A DNA stretch of 60,799 bases. It comes from Rhodospirillaceae bacterium. Lineage in GTDB: Bacteria; Pseudomonadota; Alphaproteobacteria; CACIAM-22H2. The position numbers and the translations under genes were made by a program. Every line of letters starts with the position of its first letter. Positions within the stretch are counted from its first letter, which is position 1. The stretch covers positions 1 through 60,799 of the forward strand of contig SHVT01000002.1 in assembly GCA_009694125.1 (NCBI GenBank), read 5' to 3'. Below, piece by piece: positions 1 to 10,196 of the stretch. Under the pieces are notes generated by a model, which searched no databases, was not told the origin of the DNA, and saw only the letters and a program-made list of their open reading frames with translations.

Positions 1-1
1 T

Positions 2-75
2 TGGCTGGGGGACGTGGATTCGAACCACGACACCTGGATCCAGAGTCCAGAGTTCTACCGTTAAACTATCCCCCA
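2..75 (-). tRNA. tRNA-Gln (anticodon CTG)
   Basis: The reverse complement folds as a 74-nt cloverleaf. Acceptor TGGGGGA/TCCCCCA, anticodon stem CTGGA/TCCAG with 7-nt loop CTCTGGA (anticodon CTG), T-arm CGTGG-TTCGAAT-CCACG, discriminator G and an encoded CCA. Confidence 0.85.
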
Positions 76-284
76 GCGGGGCCGCGCCGGATCGGGCTTT
101 TAACATAGGCGAACTTTGTTGAATAGTTTGGCCGCAGCCCGCAGCGATGCTTGGGAATAAATTGCTGGTCCATTCGTTGTCGCTTTGAGAGAAAATCTTA
201 ATGCTTGCGTGATTGAAACATTGCATTATCGTTCACGAAGTTGTGAATTAGCCCACCCTGGGGCGAATCGAATGGGAGCGGAGT

Positions 285-1331
285 GTGTACGAGCTCGCCT
301 CAAGACCGCGAACCGCACGATACGAGGAACGAGCCACACCGTCTTGCGATAACGCTCAGCCCGTGTTCGCCGCGCTCGACTTGGGCACGAATAATTGCCG
401 TTTGCTCGTTGCTCGCCCGAGCAACCCCGGATTTCGTGTCATCGATGCCTTCTCGCGCACCGTGCGCCTTGGCGAAGGCGTCGCCGCGACCGGAATGTTA
501 TGCGAGGCGGCGATGGGGCGGGCCGTCGACGCGCTGCGGATTTGCGCCACGAAAATGCGCCGGCGTCGGGTCACGCAGGCTCGCGCCGTTGCCACGGAAG
601 CCTGCCGCCGAGCCGGCAATACCGAGGCTTTTCTCCAAACCGTTTTCGAGGAAACGGGCATTCGCTTCGAAACAATTCAGCCCGGTGTCGAGGCGCGTCT
701 GGCGATCGCGGGCTGCGCCCCGTTGCTCGATCACACCAAACCCCATGCCCTCTTGTTCGATATTGGCGGGGGCAGCACCGAGGTCATGTGGCTGCGCCTG
801 ATCCCCGGGCTTTCCCCGGAATTCATCGCCGCGGTGTCGCTGCCCTGCGGCGTGGTCACGCTGACCGAACGTTACGGGGGCGATGTTATCAACCCAGCGG
901 TCTTCACCAGCATGGGCGAGGAAGTGGAAGAACTTCTCCGCCCCTTCGAGGAACGGCACCAAATCGGCGCGGCCATCGCCGCCGGTCAGGTGCAAATGTT
1001 AGGAACCTCGGGAACGGTTACGACACTTGCGAGCATCCGCCTCGGCCTGGCGCGTTATGACCGGAGCCAAGTCGATGGCTCTTTTCTCGACTTCACCGAA
1101 ATCGCGAACATCATCGAAGGTTTGGCCGGTCTGGATTTCGTGCAGCGCGCGGCGCTTCCCTGTATCGGCAGCAATCGGGCCGACCTCACCTTGGCCGGCT
1201 GCGCCATTCTCAATGCGATTTGCCGGCAGTGGCCCGTGGGGCGGCTGCGGGTTGCGGATCGTGGCCTGCGCGAAGGCATCCTTCTCGGCCTAATCGAAGC
1301 CGCAACGATGGATGCGGCGCACGCGTCGTGA
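285..1331 (+). CDS. Ppx/GppA-family phosphatase (exopolyphosphatase / pppGpp phosphohydrolase-like)
   Basis: 348-aa ORF with the N-terminal ALDLGTNNCRLLVA ASKHA phosphate-1 motif and DIGGGSTE. Its stop overlaps the rlmE start (GTGA), which is the usual alphaproteobacterial ppx-rlmE synteny. GTG start; exact start uncertain. Confidence 0.8.
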   Translation: MYELASRPRTARYEERATPSCDNAQPVFAALDLGTNNCRLLVARPSNPGFRVIDAFSRTVRLGEGVAATGMLCEAAMGRAVDALRICATKMRRRRVTQARAVATEACRRAGNTEAFLQTVFEETGIRFETIQPGVEARLAIAGCAPLLDHTKPHALLFDIGGGSTEVMWLRLIPGLSPEFIAAVSLPCGVVTLTERYGGDVINPAVFTSMGEEVEELLRPFEERHQIGAAIAAGQVQMLGTSGTVTTLASIRLGLARYDRSQVDGSFLDFTEIANIIEGLAGLDFVQRAALPCIGSNRADLTLAGCAILNAICRQWPVGRLRVADRGLREGILLGLIEAATMDAAHAS

Positions 1332-2023
1332 AGGGTAAGGGGGGCGGCAAATCCGGCCGCCCTACCGGAGGCGCCGAAGGCAAGGCTCGACCCAAACCGC
1401 GCCAGCGGACGCTTTCGTCGCAGCTTTGGTTGCGCCGCCAACAACGCGATCCCTTTGTCGCCGCGGCCCGACGCCAAGGTTATCTTTCGCGCGCCGCGTT
1501 CAAGCTACTCGACCTCGACGATCGCTTTGGTTTTTTCAAACCCGGCAGGCGAGTCGTCGATCTTGGCGCCGCCCCGGGTGGATGGACCCAAGTAGCCGTG
1601 GAACGATGCGGCGGCGGCGTGCTCTCGGTCGACCTCGGCCGCCTGCCGTCGATCGAAGGGGCCAGGGTGCTGGAAGTCGACATCCTAAGGCCCGATGCCC
1701 CGGAAGCGGTGAAGGCGGCGTTGGGAGGCAGGGCCGAAATCGTCCTCAGCGACATGGCGCCAGCGGCAACGGGCCACCGCGAGACCGATCACATGCGATC
1801 GGCCGCACTTGTGGACGCGGCCCTTCGCGTCGCGGTCGCCACTCTGGTTCCTGGCGGGACTTTCGTCGCCAAGCTTCTTCAAGGAGGTGAGGAAGGGGAC
1901 GTGATGGAATCGTTGAAGTGTCTATTTTCGTCGGTGAAGCGAGCCAAACCCCCGGCCAGCCGCCCCGACTCCGCCGAGGTCTTCATCGTTGCCACGGGTT
2001 TTCGCGGCGCGCCGGCCTCGTAG
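1328..2023 (+). CDS. rlmE: 23S rRNA (uridine-2'-O)-methyltransferase RlmE/FtsJ
   Basis: Contains WLRRQQRDPF...SRAAFKLLDLDDRFGFFKPGRRVVDLGAAPGGWTQVA (SAM-binding GAAPGGW). I trimmed the 1220 ORF to the in-frame GTG at 1328, which overlaps the upstream stop. Confidence 0.9.
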   Translation: MKGKGGGKSGRPTGGAEGKARPKPRQRTLSSQLWLRRQQRDPFVAAARRQGYLSRAAFKLLDLDDRFGFFKPGRRVVDLGAAPGGWTQVAVERCGGGVLSVDLGRLPSIEGARVLEVDILRPDAPEAVKAALGGRAEIVLSDMAPAATGHRETDHMRSAALVDAALRVAVATLVPGGTFVAKLLQGGEEGDVMESLKCLFSSVKRAKPPASRPDSAEVFIVATGFRGAPAS

Positions 2024-2072
2024 GGCGATGGCCGGCTTGATCGGCTACCGCAAGTTCCGATAGTGTCCCTCC

Positions 2073-3515
2073 ATGGGGCGCGAATCCGCTCATGGGGCGA
2101 TGGCCGCCGCAAATCTCCCTGTTGTCCTCTTGGTGGAAGACAAGCCCGCCTTGGCGCGCGCCTATTGCGAAATCCTTGGCCACGAGGCTTGTACCCTTAG
2201 CGTGGCCGAGAATGGCGCCGCTGCGCTTGCCGCCATCGCGGCGCGGATGCCCCAGGTCATGCTTCTCGATCTCCAATTGCCGGATATGAACGGCATCGAC
2301 ATCTTGAAACAGGTGCGTGCGCAGGAATGGCCGATCACGGTGGTCGTGGTCAGTGCGCATGGCTCAATCAACGTGGCCGTCGAGGCCATGCGAGAGGGCG
2401 CCTTCGATTTCGTCGTGAAGCCCTTTGCGCCGGAACGTCTGATGGTCACGGTGCGAAATGCGCTTGAACGGCAGCGGCTCAGCCAAATCGTCGAAAGCTT
2501 CAAGCGCGATTTCGGCCGCGATGAATATGGCGGCTTCATCGGCTCGTCGCTCGCCATGCAGGCGGTTTACCGCATCATCGAAAGCGCCGCGCCAAGCCGA
2601 GCCACGGTTTTCATCACCGGCGACAGCGGAACCGGCAAGGAGCTCTGCGCGGAGGCGATTCACCGCCAAAGCCCGCGCCGGACCAAGCCCTTCCTTGCCA
2701 TCAATTGCGGAGCCATTCCCAAGGACCTGATGGAGAGCGAAATCTTCGGCCATGTGAAGGGCGCCTTTACCGGCGCCGTGGCCGATCGCGAAGGCGCCGC
2801 CACGCGCGCCGATACCGGGACGTTGTTTCTCGATGAAGTCTGCGAACTGGAACCCAGTTTGCAGACAAAATTGCTGCGCTTCCTGCAAACCGGAACATTC
2901 ACGAAAGTCGGGGGTTCCAAGACCGAACAAGTTGATGTGCGTATCCTCTGCGCCACCAATCGAGATCCGCTCGCCGAAGTGCGCGCCGGCCGCTTTCGCG
3001 AGGACCTCTATTACCGGCTGCATGTCGTGCCGATCGAGCTGCCGCCTTTGCGCGACCGCGAGGACGATGTTTTGGTGATCGCCGACCGCTTCCTCGTCCG
3101 TTTCGCTCGGGAGGAGAAAAAGCACTTCACACGGTTCTCGCCCGAGGCCTCCGCGCTGCTGCGCGGCTATTCGTGGCCCGGCAATGTGCGTCAGCTCCAA
3201 AACGTAATTCGCAACATCGTGGTGCTGCACGACGGCGATATCGTCACCCCCGCCATGTTGCCCGCGCCCCTTTATGCGCCAGGGGGGGCGGGCGCCGCCG
3301 GACACCGGATCGATGCCGGGGACGGCCATGGCGCCAATGCCGAGGCCGCGATTCGTCCCCTGTGGCGGGTCGAGCAGGACGCGGTCGAGGACGCCATCCG
3401 TCTGTGCGGCGGTAGCATCACCAAAGCCGCGAAATTTCTGGGAGTCAGCCCCTCGACGATCTACCGCAAGCGTCAAGGCTGGGACGACGAACAACAGGCC
3501 GCATCGGAGACCTAG
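2073..3515 (+). CDS. Sigma-54-dependent response regulator (REC + AAA+ + Fis-type HTH), LuxO-like
   Basis: Receiver domain (LLDLQLPDMNG), Walker A GDSGTGKE, an intact GAFTGA loop (FGHVKGAFTGA), LQTKLLRFLQTGTFTKVGGSK, REDLYYRLHVVPIELPPLRDREDD, WPGNVRQLQNV and a C-terminal HTH (KAAKFLGVSPSTIYRK). An alternative ATG lies at 2100. Confidence 0.9.
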   Translation: MGRESAHGAMAAANLPVVLLVEDKPALARAYCEILGHEACTLSVAENGAAALAAIAARMPQVMLLDLQLPDMNGIDILKQVRAQEWPITVVVVSAHGSINVAVEAMREGAFDFVVKPFAPERLMVTVRNALERQRLSQIVESFKRDFGRDEYGGFIGSSLAMQAVYRIIESAAPSRATVFITGDSGTGKELCAEAIHRQSPRRTKPFLAINCGAIPKDLMESEIFGHVKGAFTGAVADREGAATRADTGTLFLDEVCELEPSLQTKLLRFLQTGTFTKVGGSKTEQVDVRILCATNRDPLAEVRAGRFREDLYYRLHVVPIELPPLRDREDDVLVIADRFLVRFAREEKKHFTRFSPEASALLRGYSWPGNVRQLQNVIRNIVVLHDGDIVTPAMLPAPLYAPGGAGAAGHRIDAGDGHGANAEAAIRPLWRVEQDAVEDAIRLCGGSITKAAKFLGVSPSTIYRKRQGWDDEQQAASET

Positions 3516-4546
3516 TTCGTCGCGCCCGACTCGCGCGATTCATCCGCCCGGCGCAGGGCCGCGGCGAACGTTCCGGAATCGACATTGCCTCCGGAACAAA
3601 CGACCGCGACCGTCTTGCCGCGGGCGTCAAATCGGCCCGATAGGACCGCGGCCAAAGCAACCGCGCCCCCCGGCTCGACGATCAGCTTCAGATGTTGGAA
3701 CGCCGCCGCCATTGCATCGGCGACTTGATCGTCGGTGACCGTCAAGCCGCCGGATGCAAGTTGCGCATTGATCGAGAAGGTGATCTCGCCCGGAATCGGG
3801 GTCAGCAGCGCATCGCAAAAGCTGGACCGGCCAGCCGCGTTGGTGATTCTGTGCCCGGCGGCAAGGGAACGAGCGGTATCGTCATAACCCTCGGGTTCGA
3901 CGGCCAAGACATCAGCGCCGGGCATGCGGTGGGCGAGGGCAAGACTACCTCCGGCCAGGAGGCCGCCGCCACCACAGGGGACGAGCACGGCGTCGAGTTT
4001 GGTGCGCAATGCCTCGGCCTGATCGGCAAGCTCCAGACCGATCGTGCCCTGGCCGGCAATGACAAACCGGTCTTCATAAGGCGGGACCAAGATCGCGTCT
4101 CGTTCGGCGGCGAGGCGGGCGCCAATCGCCTCGCGGACATCCCGGAGTCGGTCGTAGAAGACGATTTCGGCGCCCTGCGCACGTGTCATCTCGATCTTGA
4201 TTGCCGGTGCATCCCGCGGCATCACGATCACCGCTGGCAAATCGAGCAGCCGTGCCGCCGCCGCGACAGCCTGGGCGTGGTTGCCGGAGGAATAGGCGAC
4301 CACGCCGGTGCGCCGCGCATTGTCGTCGAGGCGGCAAATGCGGTTATAGGCGCCGCGAAATTTAAACGATCCCGTCCTCTGCAGCACTTCTGCCTTGAGC
4401 AGGAGGCGCCCGCCAAGACGTTGGTTGAGAAGGCTGGATTCGAGCAGCGGCGTGGAAACGGCAATCCCGGCGATACGTTCTGCGGCGGCCTCGACGTCCT
4501 CAAATCGTGGCGCGTGGTCCGGACTGGATATCGGCGAGGATGGCAT
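3512..4546 (-). CDS. PLP-dependent threonine ammonia-lyase / serine-threonine dehydratase
   Basis: 344 aa with LLKAEVLQRTGSFKFRGAYN (PLP-lysine motif) and the glycine loop VPCGGGGLLAG. Confidence 0.85.
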   Translation of the reverse strand: MPSSPISSPDHAPRFEDVEAAAERIAGIAVSTPLLESSLLNQRLGGRLLLKAEVLQRTGSFKFRGAYNRICRLDDNARRTGVVAYSSGNHAQAVAAAARLLDLPAVIVMPRDAPAIKIEMTRAQGAEIVFYDRLRDVREAIGARLAAERDAILVPPYEDRFVIAGQGTIGLELADQAEALRTKLDAVLVPCGGGGLLAGGSLALAHRMPGADVLAVEPEGYDDTARSLAAGHRITNAAGRSSFCDALLTPIPGEITFSINAQLASGGLTVTDDQVADAMAAAFQHLKLIVEPGGAVALAAVLSGRFDARGKTVAVVCSGGNVDSGTFAAALRRADESRESGATN

Positions 4547-4593
4547 CGATCGCCTCGATTCGTGCGGCCCGCCCCTCGCGACCGCCGCGTCGA

Positions 4594-5277
4594 TTATAGG
4601 CCGAGCAGGTTCGGCAACGCGGCCAGTGTGTCAATCGTGGCCTCGGGCAGGGCTGGCAGATATTCGGGCCGAGCCTTGGCGCGGTTTACCCATACGGCGC
4701 GCATGCCAAAGGCTGCCGCGCCCGCGGCGTCCCAGGCATTGGCGGAGACGAAGCAGATGCGGTTGGCCGGAGCCGACAAACGATCCGCCGCATGTTGATA
4801 GACCGAAGGGTGCGGCTTGAATACCTTCACCGCGTCCACCGAGAGCGTCTGGCCGATCAAGGGCGCCAGACCGGAACCATTCAGGGCCGCGGCCAGCATG
4901 GTGGGTGTGCCGTTCGACAAGATCGCTGTTTTCATCCCGGCCTTCTGCAGGCGCTGGAGCGCCTCGCGCACGTCAGGATACGCGTCGAGGCTGAGATACT
5001 GCTGCATCATTGTGGCCCGGAGCTGGGGATCGGGCGTTCCGAGCGGTGCCAAGGCGTAATCGAGGCTTTCGCCGGTAACTTGCCAGAAGTCCGCGTGGCG
5101 CCCCATGAGGCTGCGCAGCCATGTGTATTCGAGTTGTTTGCGGCGCCATTGTTCGGCCACCGCATCGGCCTTTTCGCCAAGCGCCGCACTGCAGCGCATG
5201 ACCGCCGAGGTGTGGTCGAAGAGTGTGCCATACGCGTCGAAGACGCATGCGTCGATGTCACGAATGGCGTCGGGCAT
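4594..5277 (-). CDS. Haloacid dehalogenase type II (HAD superfamily)
   Basis: 227 aa with N-terminal CVFDAYGTLFD (nucleophile Asp motif), ILSNG, and a WDAAGAAAFG C-terminal motif. Confidence 0.8.
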   Translation of the reverse strand: MPDAIRDIDACVFDAYGTLFDHTSAVMRCSAALGEKADAVAEQWRRKQLEYTWLRSLMGRHADFWQVTGESLDYALAPLGTPDPQLRATMMQQYLSLDAYPDVREALQRLQKAGMKTAILSNGTPTMLAAALNGSGLAPLIGQTLSVDAVKVFKPHPSVYQHAADRLSAPANRICFVSANAWDAAGAAAFGMRAVWVNRAKARPEYLPALPEATIDTLAALPNLLGL

Positions 5278-5289
5278 CGACGGGGAATC

Positions 5290-7257
5290 CTAACGCCAGC
5301 GAGCCGTGTCGAAGCCGCGATCGGACGTGTACCGAACCTCGCCGAGGCGGCGGCGATAGACGTGAAGATTTTCGAGAACCCGCTGGATATAGTTGCGCGT
5401 CTCCTCGAAGGGGATGGCCTCGATCCAATCAATGACATCGGTGTCGGCGCGCCGTGGATCGCCGATTTCCCGCAACCACTGGCGCACCCGCGAGCCGCCA
5501 GCGTTGTAGGCGGCCAATGCCAGCACATACGAGCCGTCATAGCCGTCGATCAAATCGGCCAGATGCGCCGTGCCGAGCCTGATGTTGAAGGATTCATCGG
5601 TCGTCAACATTCGGTCCGTGTAGGGCAGTCCGAGTTCCTTCGCGACCGCCTTGGCCGTCGACGGCATCAGCTGCATCAACCCGCGGGCGCCGGCGCTGCT
5701 GACCGCTGCTCCCTCGAAGGCGCTCTCCTGCCGAATCGTCGCCAGCACGAGCGGCGGCTCAAGATCGGCCCGCGCGTCAAGGCGGATGATCGGATATCCC
5801 GGCCCGACTAGAAGCACGCCGCTTTGAATGGAACGCTTGGCCGCGGCAACGGCCAAATCCAAGCGGCCAAGACTTTCACCGATCTCAATCACCAGGGCGT
5901 GGTCCGTCGGTGTCTGCGCCAACGCCGTCAGCCTAAGGACAAAGGGGCGAACATAGTCGCGGTCGCCCAATTCGCTCAGAAGCCGGACGGCGCGGACAAG
6001 TTCGAGGTTGTTGAAGGCCGCGCGCTGCGCTTCCGTCGGCATGACGCGATCTTCGCCGGTGGGCACGGCGTCGGCCGGAACCCGCGAGGCCGCCAATTGC
6101 CCGTAAAAGGTCGTGAAATACGATGCCGCGCGGGCGAACCACAGATTTGCGCCCTCGAGGTCGCCGATCGCGTCGGCGGCGCGCCCTGCCCAATAGGCGC
6201 CTCGTGCGCGGCTCACCGGCAGGCGCGTGGCTTCGTACAATTTCGTGAAATGCGGCAACGCGATGGCGGGATCGTTGAGGAAGCGGAGGGCGATCCAGCC
6301 CGAGAGCCACTCGGCGTCCGCCCAGGCGGTGCCGGATGACAGTCGATGGTCGCGGGCAACGTGATAGGCCTCGCTGATATTGCCGACCGTGAGTGCGCGC
6401 CGCGCAAGAATCGAGCGCTCCGTTACCCAAGCCTCGGGACGTCCGAGATCGGGGACATTGAGAAGGATTTGGCGCGCGGCATCGTCCTGGCCTTTTTTCC
6501 GCCGCCACCGGGCGCGGTCGAACAACAGGCCGGGATCGTTCTGAAGCGAAGCGGGGATGCGCTTTAATGCACCGTCCACGCCGGGCGCCGCGTCCATCAG
6601 CTTGAGGCGGGCATCGGCCACGGCTCGATGATCGGCGTCGACTCGCGGCAGCATTCGGCGAGCCTCGGACCGCCGTCCCTCCCATAAGGTGCGATCGAGG
6701 CGGGCAACATGATCCTCCGCGTTTATCCAGCCGCGATAGCGGGTCAGTAGGTGTTTTTCCTGTTTGTCCCCGAACACCCCTTGGACCCAGGTCTCACGCA
6801 CCAGAGTCTTGGCTTTCTCGCTCTCTCCCGTGGAAGCCAACGCCGCGGCAAGGCGAATTGCCCCGTCGGTGGTCAGAGGCTTGCGGTTCGCAAACCAGGA
6901 CAAGACCAAACGGTCGGGTGTCTGTTCCTCGAGCGCCTCCTCGGCGCGCCGAAGAAGCGTGGTCATGTCGGGCCAGTCGGGATTGGCGACAAAGAAGGCG
7001 GCGATGTCCTCGAACCGGGCGTTGGATCGCGGCTGCACGAAATGCAGCCAATCGACAAATTTGCCGAGCAGGGGGTCGTGCGCGCCCGCCGATAGCTTGC
7101 GGGCCTCGGCCCATCTCCCGCCGACCGCGGCCGCGTAGACGGCCGCCGCCGTCGCCCGGTCATGCGCCGGGAGCGCGCCGGCCGGCATGGCCTTCACCGG
7201 CCAAAGGCCGACGACCAACGCCGCCACCGACATCGCAGGAATCGTTCGCCCGAGCAA
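5290..7257 (-). CDS. Soluble lytic murein transglycosylase (Slt70-like)
   Basis: 655 aa with an N-terminal signal-like segment, a long helical superhelix region, and a C-terminal SLT domain ([28 protein letters not shown] ... AAYNAG). Confidence 0.88.
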   Translation of the reverse strand: MLGRTIPAMSVAALVVGLWPVKAMPAGALPAHDRATAAAVYAAAVGGRWAEARKLSAGAHDPLLGKFVDWLHFVQPRSNARFEDIAAFFVANPDWPDMTTLLRRAEEALEEQTPDRLVLSWFANRKPLTTDGAIRLAAALASTGESEKAKTLVRETWVQGVFGDKQEKHLLTRYRGWINAEDHVARLDRTLWEGRRSEARRMLPRVDADHRAVADARLKLMDAAPGVDGALKRIPASLQNDPGLLFDRARWRRKKGQDDAARQILLNVPDLGRPEAWVTERSILARRALTVGNISEAYHVARDHRLSSGTAWADAEWLSGWIALRFLNDPAIALPHFTKLYEATRLPVSRARGAYWAGRAADAIGDLEGANLWFARAASYFTTFYGQLAASRVPADAVPTGEDRVMPTEAQRAAFNNLELVRAVRLLSELGDRDYVRPFVLRLTALAQTPTDHALVIEIGESLGRLDLAVAAAKRSIQSGVLLVGPGYPIIRLDARADLEPPLVLATIRQESAFEGAAVSSAGARGLMQLMPSTAKAVAKELGLPYTDRMLTTDESFNIRLGTAHLADLIDGYDGSYVLALAAYNAGGSRVRQWLREIGDPRRADTDVIDWIEAIPFEETRNYIQRVLENLHVYRRRLGEVRYTSDRGFDTARWR

Positions 7258-7405
7258 TCAGCCCCCGAATCTTGTGTCAGGCGCCATCTTACGCGGGCGC
7301 CGTGGCGACGGCCAGAGAACTATCGGCGCCTGGCCGGCGGCTATCCTTGTCGCCCGTGGAGCGAGCGGTTATGGTGCGCCCGCTACCGCTCTAGCGGAGA
7401 CCAAG

Positions 7406-8281
7406 ATGTTCAAGGGTTCCCTCGTCGCCTTGATCACTCCCTTCAAGGGAAAGGTGGTCGACGAAAAGGCATTTCAATCTTTTGTCGAATGGCAGGTGCG
7501 CGAAGGCACCCATGGCCTGGTGCCCTGCGGAACCACGGGCGAATCGCCGACGTTGAGCCATGAGGAACATCGTCGAGTCATCGACCTGTGCGTCGAGGCC
7601 GCGCGGGGGCGGGTGCCCATTATCGCCGGGACCGGGTCGAATTCGACAGAGGAAGCGATCGAATTGACAGTTCACGCCAAGCAGGCCGGCGCCGACGCCG
7701 CATTGGTCGTTACGCCCTATTACAACAAGCCGACACAGGAGGGGCTGTATCGGCATTACAAGGCGATCCACGATGCGGTCGATCTGCCGATCGTGATCTA
7801 CAACATTCCCGGCCGCTGCATCGTCGACATGAGCGTCGATACGATGGCTCGGCTGGCGAAGCTCCCCAACATCGTCGGCGTCAAGGACGCGACCAACGAT
7901 CTGGCGCGGCCTTTGCGCACGCGAATCGCCCTTGGTTCGCGCTTCTGCCAGCTTTCGGGGGAGGACGCGACCGTCACCGCTTTCCTGGCTCAGGGCGGCA
8001 CCGGCTGCATTTCCGTCACCGCCAATGTCGCGCCCGCCCTGTGTGCCAGGCTCCACAACGCCTGGGCCGAGGGCGATTTGACGACGGTGTGGGACGTGCG
8101 CGACCGTCTGATGCCTCTGCACGACGCGCTGTTCGTTGAAACCAGCCCCGGCCCGGTCAAGTATGCAGCCAGCCTGCTTGGCCTCGGCAGCCCGGAGACG
8201 CGCCTGCCGCTCACCGAGGTCGCGCCGTCGACCAGGGATCGGGTCCGCCAGGCTCTTGTCGGCGCCGGGCTCCTCAATTGA
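7406..8281 (+). CDS. dapA: 4-hydroxy-tetrahydrodipicolinate synthase
   Basis: [13 protein letters not shown]..., [23 protein letters not shown] and [10 protein letters not shown] trimmed the 7187 ORF to the ATG at 7406. Confidence 0.93.
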   Translation: MFKGSLVALITPFKGKVVDEKAFQSFVEWQVREGTHGLVPCGTTGESPTLSHEEHRRVIDLCVEAARGRVPIIAGTGSNSTEEAIELTVHAKQAGADAALVVTPYYNKPTQEGLYRHYKAIHDAVDLPIVIYNIPGRCIVDMSVDTMARLAKLPNIVGVKDATNDLARPLRTRIALGSRFCQLSGEDATVTAFLAQGGTGCISVTANVAPALCARLHNAWAEGDLTTVWDVRDRLMPLHDALFVETSPGPVKYAASLLGLGSPETRLPLTEVAPSTRDRVRQALVGAGLLN

Positions 8282-8300
8282 TGGCGAAGGCGAAAGCGCC

Positions 8301-8777
8301 ATGGCCAAGGCAAAGACCGGCGGGGAGCGCCAGCTCGTGGCGCAGAACCGCAAGGCTCGTCACGACTTCTTCATCGACGACACGCTCGAAGCCGGAATCG
8401 CGCTCGCCGGCACCGAGGTCAAGGCCCTTCGCGCCGGCCGCAGCAATATCCAGGACGCCTATGCCGGGCCGAAGCAGGGCGAACTCTATCTTCTCAACGC
8501 CTATATTCCGGAATTTGCGGGCGGCAACCGGCTAAACCACGAAACCCGGCGGCCGCGCAAACTGCTCGTCCACAAACGTCAGCTCAACAAGCTGCTCGCC
8601 GAATTGCAGCGGCAGGGCATGACGCTGGTTCCGCTTTCCATCTATTTCAACGAAAAAGGCCTGGCGAAGGTCGAGCTCGGCCTTGCCCGCGGCAAGAAGA
8701 AATACGACAAGCGCCAGACCGAACGCGACCGCGACTGGCAGCGGGACAAGGCACGGCTTCTGCGCAACCGAGGATGA
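8301..8777 (+). CDS. smpB: SsrA-binding protein SmpB
   Basis: [33 protein letters not shown] ... LLVHKRQL ... the C-terminal basic tail. I trimmed to the ATG at 8301. Confidence 0.93.
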   Translation: MAKAKTGGERQLVAQNRKARHDFFIDDTLEAGIALAGTEVKALRAGRSNIQDAYAGPKQGELYLLNAYIPEFAGGNRLNHETRRPRKLLVHKRQLNKLLAELQRQGMTLVPLSIYFNEKGLAKVELGLARGKKKYDKRQTERDRDWQRDKARLLRNRG

Positions 8778-10196
8778 TCGATGCCGATCCCCCGGCGCCC
8801 GTGGGTGCCGCCGCGCAAGGTGCGTGGAGCACGATCGGCGAGGCGCTCCGCGGGTCCCGGCGGGATTTCACCAAGATGCCGATCGGCCGGGCGGTTTTTC
8901 TGCTCGCGGTGCCCATGGTTTTGGAAATGGCCATGGAGTCGCTGCTCGGTGTGGTCGATATCTTTGTTGTCTCCAAACTTGGCGCCGATGCCGTGGCCGT
9001 CGTCGGGTTGACCGAAACGCTTCTCTCGATGCTCTACGCCCTGGCTCTCGGTTTCTCGATCGCGGCCACCGCTGTCGTCGCCAGACGTATCGGCGAGAAA
9101 GATACGGAAGGTGCCGCCATCGCGGCCGTCCAGGTCATCGCGGTCGCCATCCTGGCTTCCGGGGTCATCGGCATCCTCGGCGCGCTCAATGGACCGCGGT
9201 TGCTCGCGCTCATGGGGCCTCGCCCGCAGTGGTCGAATTGGGAGCCGGTTATGTGACGCTCATGCTCGGGGGCAATGTCAGCATCGTTCTGCTCTTTGTC
9301 CTCAGCGCTGTGTTCCGCGGGGCCGGCGACGCCTCCATCGCCATGCGCGCGCTGTGGCTGGCCAACCTCTTAAACATCATTCTTCTGCCCGTCTTCGTCT
9401 TCGGCGTCGGGCCTCTGCCGGCGATGGGTGTGACCGGCGCCGCCATCGCCACCAATATCGGCCGCTTCACCGGCGTCGCCTATCTGCTCGCCGCGTTAAC
9501 ACGCGCCGGTGGCCGGCTGCGCCTGCGTCCGCGCCATGTGCGCGCGAATCTCGACACAGCCGCGGGATTGATGCGAATCGCGGGCACGGGCACATTGCAA
9601 ATTCTCGTGGAGACGACGAGCTGGCTTGGGCTGGTGCGTATCCTGGCGGATTTCGGCAGCGCCGCGCTTGCCGGCTATACCATCGCCATCCGCATCGCGA
9701 TCTTTGCCCTGCTGCCGTCGATGGGGCTGGCCAATGCGGCAGCCACGCTGGTTGGACAGAATTTGGGCGCCGGCCGGCCCGACCGCGCCGAACGCTCGGT
9801 TTGGGTGGCGACTTCTTTCAACATGGTGTTCCTAGGGTTGGTCGGCATTGGCTTCGTCGTTTTCGCGGAGCCGCTCGTGCGCTGTTCACCGAAGAGGAAG
9901 ATGTCGTCGTCTTCGGCGTCGAGTGTTTGCGGATCATTGCCTTCGGCTTTTTCTTCTATGCTTGCGGGATGGTCGCCGTTCAGGCCTTCAACGGCGCCGG
10001 CGATACGGCGACGCCGACCCATCTCAGCCTGGTAAGTTTCTGGCTGTTCAAGATCCCGCTCGCCTATGTCCTGGCGCTGACGCTGCAGTTGGGACCGTCG
10101 GGTGTCTTTTATGCCATTGCCGCCGCCTATTCCCTTCACGCCCTCGCCAGCGTGGCGATGCTCCGCCGCGGCGGCTGGAAGGCGATGAAGGTCTAA
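8774..10196 (+). pseudogene. MATE-family efflux transporter, interrupted by two 1-nt frameshifts
   Basis: The protein is recoverable only by joining three frames. Frame of 8774 up to LLALMG; frame of 8683 for ASPAVVELGAGYVTLML...FAEPLV; frame of 9111 for LFTEEEDVVVFGVECL...LRRGGWKAMKV. The shifts map to the G-run at 9214-9217 and to about 9880-9882, and each is consistent with loss of one nucleotide. Confidence 0.8.

Noticed and set aside
8301-8777. I looked for tmRNA (ssrA) next to smpB.
   Set aside because: Both flanks are fully occupied by dapA and the MATE gene, with 19-nt and overlapping junctions. No tRNA-like acceptor/T-arm sequence is present.
8683-10035. A 450-aa ORF that could be taken as an independent gene.
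   Set aside because: Its first ~180 codons are an out-of-frame shadow across smpB and the MATE N-terminus. Only the part from about 9217 to 9880 is the real middle segment of the frameshifted MATE gene.
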